DNA from: Octopus sinensis
Taxonomy: Eukaryota
Length of the DNA: 64,000 bases
Assembly (NCBI RefSeq): GCF_006345805.1
Contig: NC_043000.1
Span: 110,050,001 to 110,114,000, forward strand
Direction: 5' to 3'
In this document: positions 12,991 through 24,429 of the stretch, piece by piece
Numbering within the stretch: position 1 is the stretch's first letter
How the letters are laid out: every line of letters starts with the position of its first letter
Made by a program: the position numbers and the translations under genes
Notes under the pieces: generated by a model
The model's database searches: none
What the model saw: the letters and a program-made list of their open reading frames with translations, nothing else
What the model was told of the DNA's origin: nothing

Positions 12991-13021
12991 GAGAGAGAGA
13001 GAACATTCATTTCTTTCTTAT

Positions 13022-13380
13022 CAACATCAAAATAAATATCAAATAGAAATTGTAGTTGTGATCCCTGTGCCGGTGGCACGTAAAAAGCACCATCCGAACG
13101 TGGCCGATGACAGCGCCGCCTTGACTGGCTTCCGTGCCAGTGGCACGTAAAAAGCACCAACTGATCGTGGCCACTGCCAGCCTCCCCTGGCACCTGTGCT
13201 GGTGGCACGTAAAAGCACCCACTACACTCACGGAGTGGTTGGCGTTAGGAAGGGCATCAAGCTGTAGAAACACTGCCAGATCAGACGGGAGCCTGGTGCA
13301 GCCTCCTGGTTTCCCAGACCCCGGTCAAACCGTCCAACCCATGCTAGCATGGAAAGCTGATGTTAAACGATGATGATGAT
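13022..13380 (+). mobile_element. RTE LINE 3' UTR copy (3 hairpin cores)
   Basis: Closely matches 39893-40378 including gtgccggtggcacgtaaaaagcacc units and (GAT)n tail. Confidence 0.88.
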
Positions 13381-16139
13381 GAGGAGGTTCAAGGTAGTGA
13401 TGATTAATCTAACTGAAAAATGCTATGGTTTCTTTCTTTCAGGCAAAGAATGATGGTGTTGTTACACTCACAATTGCAAGAATGTGGTTTCAATTCCTGG
13501 ACTGGGTGGTTTGTCGTGTTCTTGAGCAAATAATTACATTTCATGCTGTTCCACTCCATTCAGCTGTAAATACATTGAAATGGTATCTTATTCCAAGGGA
13601 ATGATGTGAATTCAGACACTTATATGCCATGGAAATCGAGTAACCAGCCCCGAATTCTAGGACTCATGACATTAATATCCAAGGCTTCATGACAACAAAA
13701 GAATAAATTCCAAAAAGTCTGTTCTCTACTTTCCAAAGCATGAGTTTTTCCAAACTCACCAAATTCACAATATAATGTTTGCTGAGACAAACATCATCAG
13801 TTTCCTTAAACTCTGCTTATTATTATTATTATTATTATTTAAATGTAATAAACAATCGCAATATATATATATCATCATTTTAATGTCTAATTTTCCATGA
13901 TTCAAATGGGACAGATTTTCTATCACCATCCAAAACCTGTTTGCAAGCAAAATTATTTTTTTCTCTAATTTGGAGTTTTTCATGGAAGATTGCAAAGAAA
14001 TGACATCATTTGCATAATGGTGACGTTTGTTGACAAGTAGCATGTAATATCAAGTTAAGGAGACACATGCACACAACAGCACATGTATACCCTGCAGAAG
14101 ATAATATGTGAAAATGTCACTAAATGTCACAGAACCCAAAACCATGTGCTTGTAAAGCAAACTTCTTAACTACACAGCCGTTGCCACAGCAGTAACTCGA
14201 GGGCCTAGAATTTCATACCCAAGTCACTTGAGTTTAACAAATGCCTTCGCACAAAACTCTAAGCTCTCAAGTCACTCTTGTAACAATGGCAGCCAGTGAA
14301 TGATTTGATTTACTTTATGTGTTGAGCTCTCTCTTTCTTTTTCTGCCATTTGTAAGACTAAACGTATTTGTGTACGTGCACGCAGGCAGTTACGCATGTG
14401 TATACACACACACGTCTCTTATATAAAAAGATAACCATCCTGGGCCGGCGTTGCGTATCTTCTATTGTAGCCTTGGGTTGAGCAAGATCTTGTGAATAAA
14501 ATTTGGTTGAAGGAAGCTGCGTAGAAGCTCATCAGAGGGGCTGAACCACCTCTTGGATGGAAGAATTGTTGCCAAATTTAGCATCATGACATTGGTTCCT
14601 TTATCAGAGTCCATTCTTTTGCAATCATTGGGATCAGGTCACCTGCGACCAGCTTCGAAGTATTGTATTGGGTTCTTTGATAAATTAACTTATTTTCCCT
14701 TCCATTTAATTTAATCCTTTCCAATATTATTTGAATCAAGACAAAACATATTTTTATTATAGTGTTTTATGGAGGCTTTTTTTTTAAAACTCTATTCTTC
14801 CTCTCAAACTTTTGTTCATCAATTTTTGAAATTTGAATAAACTTTAGTTTTTTCAGAGTGCCATATAGAAATAGAAAAAAAAAACCATATGACTTTATGT
14901 GACAGCCCAATAAATTTTAAGCAAAAAACTGAAATATTTGTTTCATAAATAAATTGAAAATTTCTTCTGCTGTGTTCACTTGTCCAAGCAAAACAAACAA
15001 ACTGGTAGCAAAAAGCCTACACCTATTTCTTTACTACCCACAAGGGGCTACTGTTGTACATTAATTAATTAATAGAAACTTTTGTCTATTTCTCCTTCAA
15101 CATATCTTTTACTCATTTCAGTCACTGGATGTCTATGGCCATGCTGGAGCACTGCCATGAAGGATTCTTCATCATCATCTTTTAATGTCCGCTTTCCATG
15201 CTGGCATGGGTCGGACGGTTTGACTGAGGGCCGGCGAGCCAGAAGGCTGCACCAGTCTCCAATCTGATCTGGCAAAGTTTCTACAGCTGGATGCCCTTTG
15301 AGTTGAACAAATTGTCTCTGCTACTTTTTTTCTTCTTTAAAGCCTGGTATTTATTCTACTGGACTCTACTGCCGAACTGCTAAGTCACAGGGATGTAAAC
15401 AAACTAACACTAGCTGTCAAGTGGTGGAGGGGCAAACATACACAAAAGAGACTTCAACAGAATTTCTGACCATTGCATTGGTCAGCCCAGGGTTAAAGCT
15501 GACACCTGCTTAAGATGTGGGACTGACCCTGAAACCATGTGGCTGCAAAGCGAGCTTGATGACCACCCGACCCTGTCTGCACTGACCTCGTATATTTTAA
15601 CGAGATTGTTAAAACAATTTAAACAGCCTTCATTGATTATGGGACTTAATTCTATCAGCTTGATCTTTGCTGGAGAGTTGCTTTGCTTTTATCGAAGCAA
15701 AAAAGGCGCCAGGAAAGGTTTTGGTTAAACGGAATTCAGGTCTTTCTGGATGTTGTCCAGCCAGAGTCTCTTGCTGGTGGTGTTGCTGTTGTTGAGCATG
15801 GAGCACAGTAAGGGGGAGGGGTGAAGAGAGATGGAGAAAAAAAAAGATGTGAAGCAGGGAAAGAGAGCAGAGGAGGAGAGAGAAAATAAGGAAATGGTAG
15901 ACAACAATGAGAAAGAAGAATAAAAGAAATGAAAGGAGGGAGGAAATAAGGAAGACATGACAGCAAAGACATTTGATGAAAGTTAATAAAAAAGAAAAAG
16001 TCACATGAAAATTACAAAACATAAAATCTTATTTGACATTCTTTGGCAACGTTTGCCAGGGCTTTGCTGGGGCAATGCCCCCGTATGATGACTAAGTGTA
16101 AAAAACCAAAAACAAAATAAAAAAAAACAAATAATAATA

Positions 16140-16350
16140 ATTGTTTCAAATTTTGGCACTAGGCCAGCAAATTTAGGGGTGGCTAAGTCGATTGTATCGA
16201 CCCCAGTCTTCAACTGGTGCTTATTTTATCAATCAAGAACGGTAAAGTGAACCTTGGTAGAATTTGAACCCAGAATTGTAAAGGCAGACAAAATGCTTCC
16301 CAAACATTTTGCCCAGCATTGCTAATAATTCTGACAGCTCACTGCCTTCA
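16140..16350 (-). mobile_element. SINE family B
   Basis: Family B core and (AAT)n flanks. Confidence 0.78.
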
Positions 16351-16628
16351 ATAATAATAATAATAATAATAAAGTTTCTTTAGCCAAATGAAAATTCTTC
16401 CCGGGTTGTTGTCCTTTATTCATTTTGTGATGTTTCAAACCTTCGTGGGGGTGAAACGCAGGAGTCAGAGTTTTTGCGGCGGTTGTGTTTTTCGTTTGCT
16501 TTGTTTTGTTTGTTCGCTATTTTCAGTTTTCTTACTTCTTTTCAATTTCCACATGAAATTCAGTTCAAAGAAAGAAACAAATTTGTTAAAATTCTAAAAG
16601 TTGATGCTTGTTTTATGAAAACAAAAGC

Positions 16629-17860
16629 GGGATCTTTTCTATTTTGAGGCCAGTTTTTTCAAATTTTTCCTACTGAACCAAACAATTTGAAACTTCGTAT
16701 ACTGGTAACGTTGTTTAATAATTAGAATTTTAACCAATGATATTCCGTCATTCGGCTTTATTTTATTTACTCCGTCTCGACCACCAATTTCGTGACGTAT
16801 TTAACATCTTAAATGTAAACAAGCTATAGTCAGCCACCTTCTAATAACAAAAGTTTGTCTTTGAAGTTACCGTCTAGGGGAAGCATTGATGTACATGTGT
16901 GTGTGTGTGTGTGTTTGATGGGGTGTGGGAGACAGTATGTTGTGTAAGTGAAGTGCTTCTGTTAGTGTGTGTGAAGAGACAGAGAGAGTAATGTGTGAAA
17001 GAGAGAGATAACTGAAATTTTTTACTCGGTGTATGTGTATATGTATGTCTGCATGTATGTGTGTGTGTATGTATGTGTAAGTATGTGTGTGTATGTATGT
17101 GTGTGTGTGTATGTATGTATGGCCGATTCATCGTAATTACGATGAATCGGCCATACATACATAGATACATACACACACACACATACACTCATTCATACAT
17201 ACACCGAGTAAAAAATTTCAGTTATCTCTCTCTTTCACACATTACTCTCTCTGTCTCTTCACACACACTAACAGAAGCACTTCACTTACACAACATACTG
17301 TCTCCCACACCCCATCAAACACACACACACACACACACATGTACATCAATGCTTCCCCTAGACGGTAACTTCAAAGACAAACTTCCCTCGTCATAAAATC
17401 GCTTCCTCTTGGTCTCTTTCGCTCTCATTACTTATGTAAAAAAATAAAAGTTTTTTACGGAAATTGACGGAAAACTTGTGCTACGACAAGCGAAACTTCG
17501 CCGAAATTTAATATTAAAAAAGCAAAGAGCTGGCAGAAACGTTAGCACGCCGGGCGAAATGCGTAGCCGTATTTCGTCTGCCGTGTTTGTTTACAGTTTT
17601 CCGAACGTTAGTACGTCACAAAAGCGCTTTCTACGTCACACTAATAGAATGCAGTCAAGTTTTACACATGAAAACAAACAATCTGATTGGTTAAAATTCG
17701 CAGTTTTAATCTACGATTAAAGTCATAAAATAGATTTTTCTCAAATAAACTAGTTCCAACCTGTGTCTTGTTTTGCTAGACTCTATCAGCATACGAAGTT
17801 TCAGATTATTTAGTTAAGTAGAAAGATCTGTGGTCCTGGCTTCAGAATAGAAAAGATCCC
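16629..17860. repeat. Older diverged inverted repeat enclosing the palindrome (arms about 16629-16822 and 17585-17860)
   Basis: gggatcttttctatt(t/c)tga(g/a)gccag, tgaaacttcgtat(a/g)ctg, gaattttaaccaat and gtgacgta...tgtaaacaa occur in mirrored order on opposite strands. Confidence 0.75.
16851..17384. repeat. 534-bp palindrome with no spacer
   Basis: Arms identical in unique sequence and differing only in microsatellite parts; centre gattcatcgtaa|ttacgatgaatc between 17136 and 17137. Confidence 0.95.
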
Positions 17861-18338
17861 AAAAGAGAAAAAAAAAAAAAAATCAACATAGGAAAAAAAA
17901 AAAATCAACAAACACAGGAAGAAAAAAGGAAAACAGTAATTTCTTCAGAAAAATTTTATGTATATATATATATACCCATACACACGTCAGTAGGCATATA
18001 TGTGTGTGTGTATATGTATATAATCAGTGTATTTTAACTATTTCTGCAATCTTACCATTGCGGATGTATTAATGTTTTCTTATGAAAACAGGTTTTTGTG
18101 AAGATATAAAAAAAAAAAGAAAAATAAATAAACAAATCATACAAATTCACAAAAAAAAATGCCAGATCAGTTTCATTAAAATAAAATTTTGTTAAAAACT
18201 GGATGGGTGGGGGATTAAAGAAGTTTTTTAAAAAACTCATTCATTCAAAAATTAAAGATAAATCTCTCATCCCATCTCATTAACATTTTAAAATAAACTT
18301 TGAAAAGGAAACAATTTTTATCCTGGACAAGTCATCTG

Positions 18339-18434
18339 TTAATTGAAATTGGTAGCTATTTGTTGGTGGAAGCAGTCAATAGCTTTTGTTTGCTGTTTCA
18401 GAAGAGAAATCTTTATTTTGGCTACAAAGCTTAG
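18339..18434 (-). CDS. Candidate alternative terminal exon (LSFVAKIKISLLKQQTKAIDCFHQQIATNFN*)
   Basis: Acceptor ttgcctttctttatctacag at 18435-18436; phase-0 frame open for 31 codons; followed by non-repetitive U-rich UTR-like sequence to about 17870. Confidence 0.3.
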   Translation of the reverse strand, partial: LSFVAKIKISLLKQQTKAIDCFHQQIATNFN

Positions 18435-19304
18435 CTGTAGATAAAGAAAGGCAAGTTTGGAGGAATTCAAAGGCATTATTTCAGGCTCAAACAGGTGCAA
18501 AGATGTGGTCTTTGGTGACAACATTTCTAACCAGATTCTCTCACACTGCCATACATTTGTAAGGGCGAAATGTATTTAATTGGATGTGACCCCTAAGTGA
18601 CATACTGACCCTGTAAGAGTTAAAGGTAGACGTTGAGCCTGACATAATTATAAGTGGAATGTACAGGGACAAAACTCAGGGCCTCTGAAGTGGGGGATTC
18701 AGCCAGCACATTGGTCTGGGGCCCAAGACTATCTTCTGAGAGCCTCCCTAAAATAAACAAATGTCAATCACCAGCATCATTTACTGTCCCCTTTCCATGC
18801 TGACATGGCTTAGAGGCCATTTGATGAGGCAGTTTCTCTACCGCCGGGTACCTTTCCTGTTGCCAACGTTGACCTCTTTCCAAGCAAAGTAATTGTCAGA
18901 CATTTATTCAAAGACTGGAAATGAGCAACTTCACTTGAATGATGATGATGATCAGTTACGAACATCACATGATGTCTAAACAAGACTACAAATACACAAT
19001 GGGCTTCTTTCAGTTTCTGCCAACCAAATCCACTCACAAGGCTTTGATTGGCAAGAGGCTTTATTAGACGACACCAGCCCAAGGTGCCACACAGTGAGAC
19101 TGAACCCAAAACCAATGTGGTCGGGAAGCGAGTTCCTTCACCACACAGCCACGCCTGCTCTCATCCCATGATCCAAAACTAGTTTGGCTCCACCTTGCCA
19201 AATGGAGGCCCTGGTCACACTAAAAACTGCTGCCACAACTAGTATGGTGCTTTATCAGTCCTGCCATTTCTCTGCAGAACAGAGCAAGCAATAACCATAA
19301 CAAC

Positions 19305-19755
19305 TATTGTTAATATAGGTACAAGCCCCAAGATTGGAGAGGTGGGGGAAGGGTTTGGATGACTGAATCAACCCCAGTAATTGACTGTTATTTTTATATC
19401 ATTGACCCTAGGTGGGATGAAAGGCAAAGTTGATCTTGGCTGGATTTGAACTCACAACGTAAAGAACTGAAAGAAATCGTACAAAGTATTTGGTTCAACT
19501 CTAAACATTCTGCCTACAGACACATGAGTGCAGTTTTGTGGGGAGGGGCCAGTCAGTTACATTGGCCCCTAGAATTGACTAATGATTTATTTCTTCATTG
19601 CCCCAGTACTTGATCGGTAACTTATTTCATTGACCCAGAACAATGAAAGGCAAAGTTGATTGCAGTGGGGTTTGAACTGAGAATGTGAAGGGCCGTAGCT
19701 AAACACCACAAGGTATTTTATCCAACATTCTAACATTTCTGCCAATCCACCACAC
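19305..19755 (-). mobile_element. Two tandem degenerate SINE B copies
   Basis: Two gatgaaaggcaaagttga...tttgaact cores. Confidence 0.72.
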
Positions 19756-19839
19756 TAATAATAATAATGATAATTAATAATAGTAATAAAAATAATAATA
19801 ATAATAATAATTAATAATAACAATAATGACTAAGTGTTG

Positions 19840-20106
19840 TTACATCTGTTTTGTCGCGTTCAGCTGAAGATGACCCTGAGAAGCTTTTGTGAGTATAAAT
19901 GGTCCTGAAGGAATTATGATATTGTTGGAGGTGTTCACTTTGAGGTTTTTGGTGCCGCTAGGTGCAACTGTTGGTGCCGATATTGTGTTTATCTTTGTGG
20001 TTGGTGAGCTGACTGACTGAGACGTTGCCATGATGCTGGGAAATGTCTGTGACTGAAGTGTTGAAGGAATGGCCGTGCTCTGAAGTTGGACTGCTTGCAT
20101 TCTTAC
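19840..20106 (-). CDS. ZMYND8: ZMYND8 probable last coding exon ([14 protein letters not shown]...[10 protein letters not shown])
   Basis: ctcctttatatttcag acceptor, 267 nt open to TAA at 19842-19840. Confidence 0.75.
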   Translation of the reverse strand, partial: VRMQAVQLQSTAIPSTLQSQTFPSIMATSQSVSSPTTKINTISAPTVAPSGTKNLKVNTSNNIIIPSGPFILTKASQGHLQLNATKQM

Positions 20107-23100
20107 CTGAAATATAAAGGAGAAAAAAATGTGTGTGCGTGTATACATATATATATTTCATGGCCATTGCTGCATTTTTAATAATAAAGTTTTAATCATA
20201 TGTTAGATGTAATAATAAACCTGCAAAAAGTTATTTGGAGATAATTGTGTCTAAACACCTGGATACTTCTGTGAAACTCTGGTACAAAAATAACTACAGG
20301 TACTACACAAATATATACACACACACACACATATATAAAATGCTATACAACACAATTTAACAAGTTCATAATGAGTATTTTGGTGTTTTACAAGAAACAT
20401 TTAACCAGGCTCCCTGCAGCTTACTCACATACACACACACACACACACAAAGTGCATTTAGTAACTGTTGTTATATCCATACAATAGTTTCATGCTTCTG
20501 TCTATGAATCTGAACACTGTGATCTTTAGTGGTCTTCTGCAGTAGATGAGCAAGGTGTGTGTGTGTGTGTGTGAGTGTCACAAACATAAGCATACATACA
20601 TGTTAATTAGTAAACATTTGTAAATGACTTAGAAGTGAAAAAATACAGAACTAGTGACAGAAATCAAATCATCTGTTGTTTATCTACCAGGTAAATGTGA
20701 AGTTGTGGAGGTGCAATGGCCCAGTGGTTAGGGCAGCAGACTCATGGTCATAGGATCATGGTTTCGATTCCCAGACCGGGCGTTGTGAGTGTTTATTGAG
20801 TGGAAACGCCTAAAGCTCCATGAGGCTCCAGCAGGAGGGAGTAGCGAACCCTGCTGTACTCTTTCACCACAGCATTCACTCACTCTTTTTTTACTGTTTC
20901 TGTTGTACCTGTATTTCGAAGGGGCCAGCCTTGTCACACTCTGTGTCATGCTGAATCTCCCCGCTGAGAACTACGTTAAGGGTACACGTGTCTGTGGATT
21001 ACTCAGCCACTCGCACGCTAATTTCACGAGCAGGCTGTTCCGTTGATTGGATCAGCTGGGACCCTCGTCGTTGTAACCAATGGAGCGTCACAAAATGTGA
21101 AGTTGTTAGCAAGTTGGGCTGATAATAGTAAAGTACAATTTACGTCTTATTTACTTGGTTTTTATCTGATCAACAAATTTTGTTAGTAAGGGATAATGCA
21201 AAGCATATCGATGGAATTCATTGTTATTTTACACTGTGAAATTCTTGTCTACAAATATTTACTGCTAACTATATATACCATTATCTTATACACACATAGA
21301 CAAAGAGAGAGAGAGAGAGAGACAAAGCATTGAGAGAAAATGGTGCTAGACAAAGCATTGACAATACGGCTATGATGACGACGAAAATGATGACAATGAC
21401 GATGAAAATGATGACAATGGTAATGTTACTGACTGGTGCTTGTCCGGAAGTGGCAGCGTAAGTTTGAATTTGTTGTGGTGATTGCATATATTGAAGCTGT
21501 AGCTGGTGGCTGGGTGATAAGATGGGATTTCTGGTGAGTAACTGAAAGTAGAATGGCAAGGATCAGCATTATAGATATTCAGACACAAATCAAAAGCAAT
21601 TACAGCAACACTGGTATGCTTGTTTCTTTCTATGTGAAGGCTTGGTTGTCTCTAAGACCATTTTCATTTCAAATTGTCTCTATTTACATTTACTTTACCC
21701 TATCTGGTGGCAGGTGGGTTTTTTATTTACCTCTAAGAATGTCACAAAAATTGCCTCAGATCCTGTTCACCAAGTTGTCTCTGTTTTACATGCTTTAATA
21801 CACTAAAAACATTTTTTTTTTCCTGAATATATGATGCTGAAATTGGTGACGCATCACATAAGGTATGTTTTGGTCAGAGATCAAACTGATTGTAAAGTTA
21901 GTCTAGGTGTAAACATTAAAAGCATTTATCTGTGCAAAATGAGGTCAAAAGTCTGAGAAATTAGAATCTTTCACTTGTTATAAATTTTGAGTCTTGTATG
22001 AGAACTTTCGTATATAACTACATAGACTTTGTCACGATATTTATTTTAATGGTATATATACTGATAAAAGATCAAAGACGTTCCAGCAATGACCATCTTG
22101 ACTTTTTCAGGCATACATCATTCAATATGTCCTTTCTTTTGTAAGGCTATCAAAAGGGGTGGGGTTCGACTGCTATTTCAGCAGGAGGCCCTGACTCAGT
22201 GCGTGTATCAATACTGTGTTGTATTAGAGAGCAAAAGGTCAAGGGAGATCACTGTGATTGTTCTTCAGACCCAGATCAGTCCTGACCGAGCAGATCCAGG
22301 ATCCAAAAGTACTCCAACCTTTTTCCAGGCATAGTGTATCTAGGATGACATTACCCTACGTGTCCTTCTTCCTTTTATAAGACAAAGAGTTTATAATTGG
22401 AATCTGTATTGAATAAATCCTTATTAAATGCTAAAGTGTGCTTGAAGAATGCTCATAACAAGATGTCATGGTTATGGAATGGGTCAATGTATAATAACAG
22501 GTTGCATTGTGTTCAATAAACTAGTGCCGCTTGTTCCAAGTATTCACGGATCAGTGTTATAGGGTTCAGTGGTGTACTACAAGAGGTTACTATAAGTGTT
22601 GATGATATACTATGCAGTACGTCACTCATACAATATTTATGTTTGCTTAACGTAGCTCATACTTCACACTTTGTCTTTGTCACGCTCAGGCTGAAAGAAA
22701 ACTTGGATTATAACCAACAGATGAAATTGGGGGGGGGGGGGGCGAAGGGGGAGATTTAGCGAGATTTATTCATTAAAAAAAAAAGAAAAAAATTACAGAA
22801 ATGGAGACAGTATCAGAAGGCATCAAGAGGAATATAAAGGTAATTGTAATAGGGTACCAAGAAGAACTGTTGTAAAAGGTTTGCCTCTTTGGCACAGCCA
22901 GAATAATCAGGAAAGTATTAAGATAATAGAAAAGAACAGATAGCATGGTATTGCAGGTAGTAAGCCTACTACATATGCAAGCCTCCAGCAGTTCCAACAA
23001 AACTTGAGTTATAATAAAGATGGTGGTGGTGGTGGTGGTTTCTGATATAGGTGCAAGGCTACAATTTAATTGATTTCTTTTGGTGGAACCATTGCTTCAG

Positions 23101-24398
23101 TTCCATCAACTCCTCCACCTAACTGGTCCTTTTAAGTATTTGGGTTGATTCAATGAACGAAAACTTTCCCCACCCAAATTTTCACCTTGCACCTTATGTT
23201 AGTAGTAGCAGTGGTAGTAGCAGCGGCAGCAGTAATACCAATAATAATCAGAGCATTTAGAAAGAAAATCAAAGACAACAAAGAAGCTTCTACAAGGTTT
23301 GCTCAACTGGATATCAGGCTGAAATTCCTGAAATTATATTCTTCTGTATTAGAAAATAAAGATAACGAAGATAACATGAGACAATGTATCAGATCATGAT
23401 GAAGAAAAAAGACAAAAGAAAGCAACATGGTCTCAGAACACCCTTGAATCATAAGCTTAAGTAAATCAGGGTTAGCCTAGGATTAAAAATCAACTCCAAG
23501 AAAACCTTTCAATTCCACTGTTTACAATAGTAAGCCATTGTATTTTTTTAGCATAGTTTTGTCTGCTTTTTCCATGCTAGCAAGGGTTGGACAAGTCTTT
23601 CTTCACTCAGATGACTTTTTTCATACCAAACCTCACTTGTGTTTTTATTTCCAAGTAAGATACGTTATTCTTTGTACGTTGAGTTACTGAGCTGTGAGGC
23701 TTGTTGCTAATGGGAGACAAGAACAGATGTCACCATTGCATAAACAGTATTAATGTGAAGACTTGTGATCACACACATAAATGCCCTGTAATTATGTGAA
23801 TTCCCAAAACTAATTAGACATATTTTGATACTTTACATTTAAAATAATTAGAAAAAAACCAAGCTGCTTTTCGTTTGTATATCCAAACATCTTCCACAGC
23901 ATCAAGTCCAAAATATTGTAAAATGCCAGTGCTGCTGGACTGGCTCCTGTGCAGGTGGCACATAAAAAGCACCATTTGAGTGTGGCCGTTGCCAGTACCA
24001 CCAAACTGGCCCTCGTGCTGGTGGCATGTAAAAGCACCCACTACACTCTCAGAGTGGTTGACGTTAGGAAGGGTATCCAGCTGTAGAAACTCTGCCAGAT
24101 CACATTGGAGTCTGGTTCGCCAGACCTCAGTCAAATCGTTCAACCCATGCTAGCATGGAAAGCAAACGTTAAATGGTGATGATGATGATGATGATTATCA
24201 AGGGCCAGCCACTGACACAAACAAAACTGTTGGATATCAAATTTCTATATGGGATGTTAATACTATTCAACAACAGCTTAAGGCTGATGGCCAGAAACAG
24301 GTGACGTAGTTCCATATGCATACAACAACGACCAGAAACAGATGGTAAGACTATAATGCACAAATAAATGTACAAAGCCCATTATTTATGTCTTTGCT

Positions 24399-24429
<31 letters not shown>

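Noticed and set aside
15630-16022. 130-aa ORF with a QQQQHHQQ run
   Set aside because: The N-terminal two thirds is translated polypyrimidine low-complexity DNA with no recognisable domain; more likely UTR or intergenic. The overlapping 24-aa MLNNSNTTSKRLWLDNIQKDLNSV could be a uORF or LINE scrap but cannot be supported.
20707-20780. tRNA gene
   Set aside because: A and B boxes are present, but the sequence continues into a 300-bp repeat body with a TSD and lacks a complete cloverleaf; it is a SINE head. The same applies to the family A and B heads.
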